Made by a program: the position numbers and the translations under genes. From NCBI GenBank assembly GCA_964448115.1, contig CAYUVA010000002.1:124001-169079 (forward strand): a stretch of 45,079 nt of DNA, read 5' to 3'. This DNA is from an uncultured bacterium (lineage in GTDB: Bacteria; CAYUVA01). Below, one piece after another: positions 38,301 to 45,079 of the stretch. The notes beneath the pieces were generated by a model that made no database searches, had not been told where the DNA came from, and saw nothing but the letters and a program-made list of their open reading frames with translations. Within the stretch, counting starts at the first letter, position 1. Each line of letters begins with the position of its first letter.

Positions 38301-38373
38301 AGTGCTAACCCTGGTGCTGGTGCCGGTTGTTTACTCGCTGCTCGATCAACTGTTCGGGAAGAGGAAATCCTAA
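35332..38373 (+). CDS. RND efflux permease (AcrB/AcrD/AcrF family)
   Basis: SIRRPVFA, GLLIDDAIVVLENI, SFTLTPML, GLVTKNAILLVDF, RLRPILMTT. Confidence 0.96.
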   Translation: MILADVSIRRPVFATMVMLALIVFGLFSFRDLGVDLMPDVDFPFVSVLTILPGADPETIETKVTDVIEEAVNTISGIKVLTSISAENVSQVFIEFELGVDVDVAAQDVRDKISSIMRDLPDDVEPPVVEKFDINALPIMNIAVSANMPIQGLTKYVDDNIKSQLQKIPGIGSVKIIGGQERQIRVWADNDRMKAHGVVFRDIMYALQTQNIEFPGGTIESGIRELVVNTKGEVQSIEELKEIIVKQGKGGVIKMRDVATVEDSLEELNTISRYNGIRAVSLEIKKKSGANTVAVARRVKQELEKIRKTLPAEMDMLIAVDMSTFIEESIGDVQFHLIIGGLLAVVVIFFFLRNIRSTIISAIAIPTSIISTFTLMNYLDFTFNNVTMLALSLSVGLLIDDAIVVLENIFRHIESGSNRRQAAHDATSEIGLAVLATTLSIVAVFMPVAFMKGIIGRIFFQFGLTVTFAVLVSLFVSFTLTPMLCSRYLYVPKQPGWFYRFMERILKAIDSFYRRVLSAVLDHRLLTIIVTAVIFIFSLYLGSRLGFEFQPEEDRSEFSINIETPLGSSLEYTSTVIRRVEESMARVPGVEGIFTTIAGDVQESSNKGSIMVKLVEPKERSYSQGQIMEYARQQLKDFPNVNIGVTEVNYVGGGWRMYKIQFSIQGPELDKLQEYSQKIMEKLKQDGRFVDIDTTYKTGKPELSIYVDRDKAADLGVSVFDIASAVRVLVGGETATEYKEAGDRYDVVIRLKKNQRLSAEDLQQITLRNFDGNLVKLANVVRIDEETGPLSINHKSRQREVTILANLEGIVLGEAMEVVEKYAQELNMPATYDTSWTGEADIMVESFKHLITALFLAVILVYMILASQFESFLHPFTIMLSLPLSLVGAFIALLLAGYTISIFSFIGIIMLMGLVTKNAILLVDFTNRLKGRGLATKEALLEAGPIRLRPILMTTLAMIFGMLPIALGFGHGAESRAPMAVCVVGGLITSTVLTLVLVPVVYSLLDQLFGKRKS

Positions 38374-38404
38374 CTAAAATATTACACGAAAAATAAATAA
38401 TACA

Positions 38405-40138
38405 TTATTGCTGAGGGCATCCTAACTTTTTGCGATATTGAAGCAATGAATTCAGGCTTGAATGCTTGATCTTTTGTGCAAGCCCAATAGCTTCATCGAG
38501 CGTGTTGCAGGCGCCGCTTATATCTTTGGTCTGAAGCTGAAGCAAAGATTTGTTGAATAGCCAACTAATAAGCTCAAACCAGGCGCCGATTTCCCTCCCA
38601 ATATCGATACAATCGTCAATCGAGCGGAGGGCTTTGTTAATATTACCCTGCTGAAAGTATATTCCTCCGATATTGCTAAGAGTTTGCGCCTCGGCTATCT
38701 TGTCTCCCACCTGTTGGAAGAGTAATTGAGCCTGTTGGTAATACTCAAGCGCCCTTTCTTTGTCTCCCATATCATCATAGACGCCACCGATATTGTTAAT
38801 AGTAATAGCGCTGCCACGAAGATCCCCCATCTCTCTTCTGATAGGCAGTGCCTGATTGTAGAATTCGAGCGCTTGTTGCCTTTTACCAAGCGAATCGTAA
38901 ATCAAACCGATATTGCTCAGGGTGGTCGCCTCGCCATGTCTATCTCTGAGTTGCTTAAATAGCGGCAGCGCTTGATTGTAATATTCGAGCGCCATTTGCT
39001 TATCACCCATACCATCGTAGATTCCGCCTATGTTGCTCATGGTTTGTGCTTCGCTTCTCTTGTCTCCTAGCTTTATTCTCAGCGATAGCGCCTGATTTAG
39101 GTATTCCAAAGCCTTCCTTTTATCTCCAAGCGATTCATAAGCTATGCCCATGTTATTCAGGATGGTAGCTTCCTTTGCTTTGTTGTTAAGCTGCCTGAAG
39201 AGTGATAATGCCTGATTATAGTAATCCAAAGCCTTTTTCTTTTTGCCGAGAGAATTATAAACAATGCCGATATTGCTCAAGGTGGTTGCTTCCCCGGTTT
39301 TATCCTCCAACTGCTTGAAGATCGCTAGCGCTTGATTATAGTAATCCAGGGCTTTTTCCTTTTCGCCGAGATGGCCATAAATCATGCCGATATTATTGAG
39401 GGTTGATGCCGTTCCTTCCTTATTATCAAGCTCTCTGAATAATTCATCCGCTTCATCAAGGCACTTCAAAGCCTTTTTTAACTCTCCTTTTTGATATAAT
39501 GCTTTAGCCAGGCTAGTTTTCATACGGGCAAGGAATAATTTATCTGGTTTTTCGCTTTTTTGTTGATCATCAATAGCCTCCTGGTAAAGGCTGATCGCCT
39601 CTTTTATATCCTCTTTTGAAGATAATTGAGAGCTATCAAAGAATAACTGATCGGTTAGAGTCTGTGCCTTGGTCTTTTCCTCAGCGCTGAAATCGAGCAA
39701 CAGGCTTTTTCTTGAATAGAAGTTGGAGGCGTTTTGGGCTATTTGCATTATTTCATGTTCGGTTCCCAGAAACAGGTATATATGTCGATATTCATGGAAG
39801 CTCTCCCTGTTCAAGTCCAGATGTCCCATCATCTCGGGAAAAGCAGCGCTTAATTCGTGGAAGATAAGTAAATGGCGGTCTTTGGGTATATGCCTGACGA
39901 AATTCAGGGGATTCTTATTCTTAGATGTCATTTTAACTAGTTTTAGCGGTATATTTATCCTTTCTTTCATTTCATTGATAAGCTTATGGGGATCGCTCGG
40001 ATTATGGTGAATAGCAAAAATAATCAAAAAATCATCTGTATCTTCGATAAGGGATTTAAGCAAATCTATGTGTTCATATATTTTTATAAGATAAGCATCC
40101 ATTTTTTCATTACGATTTGATCTATCAATATCGTTCAT
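38405..40138 (-). CDS. TPR protein with about 8 tandem 40-aa repeats and an N-terminal degenerate NTPase-like domain
   Basis: Repeats such as EATTLSNIG.VY..LG....AL.YYNQAL.L.RQL.D; N-terminal 'HLDLNRESF...LFLG...IAQNASNFYSR'. Confidence 0.85.
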   Translation of the reverse strand: MNDIDRSNRNEKMDAYLIKIYEHIDLLKSLIEDTDDFLIIFAIHHNPSDPHKLINEMKERINIPLKLVKMTSKNKNPLNFVRHIPKDRHLLIFHELSAAFPEMMGHLDLNRESFHEYRHIYLFLGTEHEIMQIAQNASNFYSRKSLLLDFSAEEKTKAQTLTDQLFFDSSQLSSKEDIKEAISLYQEAIDDQQKSEKPDKLFLARMKTSLAKALYQKGELKKALKCLDEADELFRELDNKEGTASTLNNIGMIYGHLGEKEKALDYYNQALAIFKQLEDKTGEATTLSNIGIVYNSLGKKKKALDYYNQALSLFRQLNNKAKEATILNNMGIAYESLGDKRKALEYLNQALSLRIKLGDKRSEAQTMSNIGGIYDGMGDKQMALEYYNQALPLFKQLRDRHGEATTLSNIGLIYDSLGKRQQALEFYNQALPIRREMGDLRGSAITINNIGGVYDDMGDKERALEYYQQAQLLFQQVGDKIAEAQTLSNIGGIYFQQGNINKALRSIDDCIDIGREIGAWFELISWLFNKSLLQLQTKDISGACNTLDEAIGLAQKIKHSSLNSLLQYRKKLGCPQQ

Positions 40139-40224
40139 TTTGCAACAACCTCTTTTGTTAATGCTTTTGCCGGATCGAAGATATCAAGTACATCCCCCAG
40201 ATTCTTTGCTTTCTTCACCGTCAA
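40135..40224 (-). pseudogene. 29-codon remnant, probably of an internally deleted P-loop ATPase partner gene
   Basis: AAGGGG RBS, then TTG-TVKKAKNLGDVLDIFDPAKALTKEVVAK-TGA; the stop overlaps the TPR start (ATGA). Confidence 0.4.
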
Positions 40225-40290
40225 TTCAAAACCCCTTTATTTTTTCATTCAGCATTTCCCTATAATACTACATGAAATCGATCTTATTAA

Positions 40291-43005
40291 CTACTGCACG
40301 GTAAGGTAAGGCCATAGGATGCCGTGGTTGTAGTTGATATCGGTGGCTTGCAGCTCTAAAAGCCATGCTCCGCTTGGAGAGCCGAAGGGAATGGCAATCT
40401 TTATCCCGTAGAGTCCGTCGTTTGCCCCGCCATCGCCGGATAATCCATCATCCTTCAATGTTATGCCAATCGCTTGCCCCTCATACAGGAATTCCACCCG
40501 GCGCAATATCTTGGACTCCGGTAGGGCTACTGCCTGCAACTGTCCCCCTACTGAGCTTAGCCTGGTATCCCAGTATCCAGCCACCAGTATCCTCGGCGAT
40601 GGATTTCTAGTCGCTGTCGAGGTCGGAGTCGGGGTAAAGTGGGGATCGGTCGGTGCCGGGGTTGGGGTGGGGATCTCACCTGATGGCTCGACATAGATAG
40701 GATTGGTCAATGCCAGCATCTGTAGATTGAAGCCCTCTGTTCCCCTAGTTATCTCAAGTCGATACCAGGCGTGGCTGGGATGAACCTGGAAACTCCATGT
40801 ATAATCGTTGCTCCTAATATGCTCGGTGAGTATCTGTCCCTGGTTGCTGAAGACTTTTATCTTGCCTGCCTCGGCTCCCTTGACTTTGACCAGGAAGGTG
40901 ATCGGGTCGCTGGTAACCTCGTCTGCGATATCTCCCATCATGTACTCATACTCTCCGTCCCCGTTCGCATCGAGCAAAAACTCTATCATAGGACCGCTAT
41001 AATGATAGGTTACATACACATGACCATTAATAAAAGCGCGCTTCAGGGCTGGCCAGGTGAGATCCTCTGCGTATATCCAGGTGCAGGGTTGCCCTACCCC
41101 AGCAACCGGGTTTAGCTGGTGGAAGTGGTTGTCGCTGGCGCCGACCGCAGTCCACTTGTAGCCCATGTTTAACGCATCCTCCCAGAATTCCTTGGTCTCG
41201 ACATTCTGGGCAGCAGGTCCGATTGGCAAATTCTCAAAGTACGGTCCATTCCAGATCTCGATACAATCGATCGGCCTGGCTTGATATACAGGATCAGGAT
41301 CATACCAGTCTCCATCGGTCGGGTGGCTCATGTTGGTCAATCCACCTTGCGCGTGGATGTACCAGTAAGCAGACTCGGTGCCGGGGATATCCTGGTGATT
41401 GTGCTCGATGGAGTAATCGATACCCCAAGTCGTTCCGTGGCTTCCACCTCCCCATTCCTCGCCGGGGAGAAGCAACAACTGAGTTGAATAATACAGCCAG
41501 TCGAAGTTCTGGTATGCGACCCGATGGTCGGTGATGCTCAAGAAATCGAGTCCCCGCTGCTCAGCGGTGGTTATCTGCGTCTCGACAGTGGTATCCCTGG
41601 GAAGGCTTGGGTCCAACTGATGCAAGCCGCCATCGCTGTGATCCGTGTGGCAGTGAAGATCTCCCTTGTACCATCGACCTTGCGGGATACCCATTGTCTT
41701 CTCCTTGTTATCGTGCCTAAAGACCAGTGGAGGCAATGAATCTACCCCGGAGCGTGCAAAATAAATCTCGAAGTTGGTCTGTCGCTGGTGCTCCACATCC
41801 TCATCGCGATTATCGAACCAGGCAAGAAACAGTTCATCATTATAGGTTTCCAGCCTTGGATAGGCAGCGATATAAGGTGCACTGACAGCAATGACTTCCT
41901 CAGACCAATCGTTCCCCATGTAGTCAGGGCAGTTGATATAATATATATCCCAGTTTCCAAGCTCACAGCGGCAGTCCATCCATACGATGTGGATGCCGTT
42001 TGAGTCTATGGCGATATCCGGATGATACGAATAGTCGGGTGCATTTGTGATCCGTGTTGGAGCAATTCCTCTGTCTGGGCAGGCATACATGATCTCATCA
42101 TCACCGGCGATCCCATCATCCTGCCATACGAAGTGCAGCTTCCCCTCGGGATCATATTCGATATCAGGGAACCAGGAGTTATTGTCTATCTCGGTGAGGC
42201 GAATCGATGTTCCCCAGGTCTCTCCAGCATCTTGCGATGTTTTATACATTATCTCCCAGTTATCCTCGTAGGGTCTGCGTAGCGGCTCGCGATCGAAGCG
42301 ATCATCGAACCAGACCACGGCAAGCTTATCACCATGACTTGCCAGCCGCGGATATATGGATGGAGGTTGCTGGGGCAGGCTGGTGTCTGGATCGAGTGGA
42401 TAGTTCGGCTTGGAGGTGAGTTGGATCGCATCGCCCCAACTCAAGCCACCATCTAAACTCCTCTTGTAGTAAACATCATACATCCCATTTTGAATATCGT
42501 GCCACACCAGGTGAAGCCTGTCCTGGTCATCGCACAGTAGATCGGGATGCATGGAGGGACGGTTGCCGAAGGTGAGCCTTCTTTCAGTGCTGAAAGAATT
42601 GCCGCCATCGATGCTTCGTGCATAGAATATCTCGAAATTACGAACCAGTGCCCCCTCCCGGTTGTCCTGCCAGACGATATGAATAACCCCTTGCGAATCG
42701 ACTGCTATGCTAGGAAACTTGGCTTCTATGGTGCAAAAGGATACCCTAGTAGGCGACAGCCAGGATGATCCCAGATCATCGCTTCGCATGTAGTATATTT
42801 CCATGCCGCCGTCTCGCTCGTCCTGCCAGGCGAGATGAATCGCGCCATTATGGATCGCCATATCTGGAAATCCGGAGTATGCATCATCAGAGGTGAGGCG
42901 AAGCGGATCACTGAAGGGGAACGCTTGGGCAACCATACAAACAAGCAAGACAGGGACTACCAGTATATACCTTGAGCTATTAACTATTTTTGCCATGATT
43001 ACCAA
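40291..43005 (-). CDS. Secreted protein: Asp-box (BNR) beta-propeller + PHP-type CehA/McbA-like metallohydrolase + PT linker + C-terminal domain
   Basis: Signal peptide; Asp-boxes SDDLGSSW, SIDGGNSF, SLDGGLSW, SQDAGETW; WYKGDLHCHTDHSDG, ITDH, PGEEW, SHP, GASDNH; PTPTP linker; DDG..GD..ANDG.Y. Confidence 0.8.
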   Translation of the reverse strand: MVIMAKIVNSSRYILVVPVLLVCMVAQAFPFSDPLRLTSDDAYSGFPDMAIHNGAIHLAWQDERDGGMEIYYMRSDDLGSSWLSPTRVSFCTIEAKFPSIAVDSQGVIHIVWQDNREGALVRNFEIFYARSIDGGNSFSTERRLTFGNRPSMHPDLLCDDQDRLHLVWHDIQNGMYDVYYKRSLDGGLSWGDAIQLTSKPNYPLDPDTSLPQQPPSIYPRLASHGDKLAVVWFDDRFDREPLRRPYEDNWEIMYKTSQDAGETWGTSIRLTEIDNNSWFPDIEYDPEGKLHFVWQDDGIAGDDEIMYACPDRGIAPTRITNAPDYSYHPDIAIDSNGIHIVWMDCRCELGNWDIYYINCPDYMGNDWSEEVIAVSAPYIAAYPRLETYNDELFLAWFDNRDEDVEHQRQTNFEIYFARSGVDSLPPLVFRHDNKEKTMGIPQGRWYKGDLHCHTDHSDGGLHQLDPSLPRDTTVETQITTAEQRGLDFLSITDHRVAYQNFDWLYYSTQLLLLPGEEWGGGSHGTTWGIDYSIEHNHQDIPGTESAYWYIHAQGGLTNMSHPTDGDWYDPDPVYQARPIDCIEIWNGPYFENLPIGPAAQNVETKEFWEDALNMGYKWTAVGASDNHFHQLNPVAGVGQPCTWIYAEDLTWPALKRAFINGHVYVTYHYSGPMIEFLLDANGDGEYEYMMGDIADEVTSDPITFLVKVKGAEAGKIKVFSNQGQILTEHIRSNDYTWSFQVHPSHAWYRLEITRGTEGFNLQMLALTNPIYVEPSGEIPTPTPAPTDPHFTPTPTSTATRNPSPRILVAGYWDTRLSSVGGQLQAVALPESKILRRVEFLYEGQAIGITLKDDGLSGDGGANDGLYGIKIAIPFGSPSGAWLLELQATDINYNHGILWPYLTVQ

Positions 43006-43152
43006 CCTTTTTAATGTCTTTCACTTAAGATTATAGCACCTGACAAAATTGTTCAAGCAATGAAAGCTCCCCAAATTCTCGAATGGGACTCTGTAGCAGG
43101 AACTTTCATTTGGTTGCACTTTCAGTCATTTTTCAGCTATCATCCATTGATT

Positions 43153-44535
43153 ATGCCGGATGATATCAAAATCGAGGGAGATGAGATAGTTGCCGGGCGT
43201 CCTCGCCGAGATCTGACCAAGGGGAGCGTGTTAAAAAACATCCTATACATGGGGGTTCCCTCCATGCTCGGTTTTGGTGCGATGATGCTTTATCATCTAA
43301 CCGATATTTTCTGGGTGAGTCGTCTCGGCAAGCTGGAGGTGGCTGCGGTTACTTTATCCGGTGCAATGGTCTGGTTTTTAGGCTCTGCAAATGGATTTAT
43401 AGGGGCTGGTTCGGTTTCGATTATCTCAAGGCGATACGGCGAGAAAGACATAAAGGGGGCAGCTCATGCCATTAAGCAGACCTACTTCCTCAAGTTCTTC
43501 ATCGCCATGCCTATCATTCTAGTATCATTACCCTTTTTAAAGGATCTAATCAGCTTCATGGGCGCCAAGGGGCAGTTACATAGGCTATGCTACGATTATA
43601 CATATATAATAATTCTCGGTTTTCCATTCATATTTTGCTCATATACGAGTTACACAGCATTGCGCGGCATAGGCAATGCACCAGCTAGTATGTATATCAT
43701 GCTTTTTTCGACATTCTTGAATTGTGCGCTTGACCCAATATTTATGTTTGTATTGAGGATGGGGGTCATTGGCGCTGCCTTAGCATCGGTAGTTTCATCC
43801 ATGGCCAGCCTTGCTCTGGGCGTTTATATTTTGATCAGCGGAAGGATGAACCTCAAGGTTCCATTTCGAGATGGCAATTACCTTGATTGGCGTTTATGTG
43901 CTCGTATCTTCGGTATCGGATTACCCGCCGGGGTGCAGAATATGGTGATAAGCTCAGCCCAGTGGTATATAATGAAGCTGATCGCTATATTCGGTGCTGC
44001 GGTTGTGGCAGGCTTTGGCATCTCTCAACGGCTAGTCGAACTGGGCATACTTATAGCGGTTGGTCTGGAACTGGGCACATCCGCCCTGGTCGGGCAAACC
44101 CTGGGTGCTAACAAGAGAAAAAGAGCAATGGTCTCGGTATTTCAGGCTACCGGCCTAGGTTTTATCCTGACCTTGATAATAGTGGTACCGATCTTTTCAT
44201 TTGCGCCGCTGATCATAGCATTCTTCTCAACAGATCCTGAAGTGATAGCAAAGGGAGTTATCGCCATGCGATATATGTGCATTGCCCAGCCATTTATGAG
44301 TTCTATCATAGTGCTTGGTTCAGCATTCTTTGGCTCCGGTAATACCTGGCCACCTGCCATAATAAACGGGATAATATTCGGCGCCATTCAGATACCTCTG
44401 ATACTGATATTGGTCAAGGTTTTAGATATGAACGAGGTAGCGGTCTGGGCGAGCATGGTGGTCTCAAATGTCATTGGCTTGGGGATAACAGCATACTGGG
44501 TACATCGAGGCTCCTGGCTTGAAAAGATGGTTTGA
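43153..44535 (+). CDS. MATE family efflux transporter
   Basis: DLTKGSV, TDIFWVSRLG, ALRGIGN, LNCALDP, GVIGAALAS, IGLPA, GQTLGA; about 12 TM. Start refined to ATG 43153. Confidence 0.92.
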   Translation: MPDDIKIEGDEIVAGRPRRDLTKGSVLKNILYMGVPSMLGFGAMMLYHLTDIFWVSRLGKLEVAAVTLSGAMVWFLGSANGFIGAGSVSIISRRYGEKDIKGAAHAIKQTYFLKFFIAMPIILVSLPFLKDLISFMGAKGQLHRLCYDYTYIIILGFPFIFCSYTSYTALRGIGNAPASMYIMLFSTFLNCALDPIFMFVLRMGVIGAALASVVSSMASLALGVYILISGRMNLKVPFRDGNYLDWRLCARIFGIGLPAGVQNMVISSAQWYIMKLIAIFGAAVVAGFGISQRLVELGILIAVGLELGTSALVGQTLGANKRKRAMVSVFQATGLGFILTLIIVVPIFSFAPLIIAFFSTDPEVIAKGVIAMRYMCIAQPFMSSIIVLGSAFFGSGNTWPPAIINGIIFGAIQIPLILILVKVLDMNEVAVWASMVVSNVIGLGITAYWVHRGSWLEKMV

Positions 44536-44677
44536 CTTATAGGACCTTTTATGATCACATGTTGTGCCCAGTTCCACAACGGCTTGCGCCAGGCTCACAA
44601 GTAATGACATATATTGTACTGTATTGTTGCTATAATGCCCACAATTACTGGATGCCCGCGTGGTAGAGTGATGCAAA

Positions 44678-44707
44678 GTTAACTGTTTCAGCGCTGAAAC
44701 AGTTAAC
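44678..44707. repeat. Perfect 30-bp palindrome between convergent genes
   Basis: GTTAACTGTTTCAGC|GCTGAAACAGTTAAC with no spacer. Confidence 0.9.
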
Positions 44708-44713
44708 CTTGTA

Positions 44714-44772
44714 CACGATATCACGCTACCACGATATCACGATATCACGGTACCACGGTACCACGGTATCAC
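44714..44772. repeat. Tandem array of seven 8-mers (CACGRTAY)
   Basis: CACGATAT CACGCTAC CACGATAT CACGATAT CACGGTAC CACGGTAC CACGGTAT CAC; same unit as at 2734-2876. Confidence 0.9.
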
Positions 44773-45079
44773 TTCTTCTCCGGCGGTGGGGGACCGGTGT
44801 TGCCATCCGCATCGGTCTTGATTAGATAGACATCACCAGCAAAAAATAATTTACCATCATATGAACCAGCGATTATATATCCACCATCCGTGGTCTGGGC
44901 GACGCTGTAGCCGTCATCTAAATCACTTCCCCCGAAGGTCTTCTGCCAGAGCATATTCCCCGAAGCATCCGTCTTGATAAGATAGACATCAGAAGAACCT
45001 GCGCCATAAGACCCTGTATAACCTGCGATTATATATCCCCCATCCGTGGTCTGGGCCACGCTTCTGCCTTCATCCCAAC
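44769..45079 (-). CDS. 3' end of a beta-propeller repeat protein (partial)
   Basis: Two copies of '[14 protein letters not shown]...[11 protein letters not shown]'; the ORF runs off the window end. Confidence 0.8.
   Translation of the reverse strand, partial: WDEGRSVAQTTDGGYIIAGYTGSYGAGSSDVYLIKTDASGNMLWQKTFGGSDLDDGYSVAQTTDGGYIIAGSYDGKLFFAGDVYLIKTDADGNTGPPPPEKK

Noticed and set aside
32183-38373. TetR-TolC-MFP-RND operon as a novel system
   Set aside because: Standard, widely distributed efflux architecture.
38600-39480. 120-nt periodic DNA repeats as a possible DGR or array
   Set aside because: Explained by 40-aa TPR coding repeats; no reverse transcriptase, and no adenine-specific variation noticed.
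44536-44677. Possible ncRNA with weak repeats ending in CACAA downstream of the MATE gene
   Set aside because: The repeats are too degenerate and I could not recognise an RNA family or a convincing fold.
44714-44772. Possible CRISPR array
   Set aside because: The units are 8 bp and contiguous with no spacers; no cas genes in the window.

Overview
Mostly chromosomal housekeeping and accessory DNA from a diderm bacterium (FadL, TolC and other outer-membrane proteins) that is probably anaerobic or facultative. From left to right: the SEC-C end of a probable secA; rsmG; a GT-C glycosyltransferase-TPR fusion; asd; a complete group 3b [NiFe] (sulf)hydrogenase operon with an embedded stand-alone cNMP-binding protein, a maturation protease, a Zn-finger-less HypA and hypF/C/D/E; an orphan PD-(D/E)XK nuclease-like gene; a 1541-aa acyl-CoA-synthetase/helical/kinase-like/GNAT fusion; an IPTL-CTERM surface protein with exosortase H and its partner; dapA, dapB and nif3; fadL; an outer-membrane barrel; archease; galU; a TetR-TolC-MFP-RND efflux operon; a TPR protein; a secreted Asp-box/PHP hydrolase; a MATE transporter; and a partial beta-propeller protein. 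The most notable features that the ORF track does not explain are these: (1) the giant ligase-GNAT fusion; (2) an unannotated 38-aa membrane peptide with a complete sigma-54 promoter, IHF site and paired enhancer layout; (3) a palindromic REP-like element inserted in frame in a coding gene; (4) 8-mer tandem repeats that supply stop codons; (5) a candidate C-terminal sorting domain ending in WPYLxV; (6) a 29-codon remnant, probably of an ATPase, coupled to the TPR gene. All calls come from reading motifs by eye; no database searches were run.
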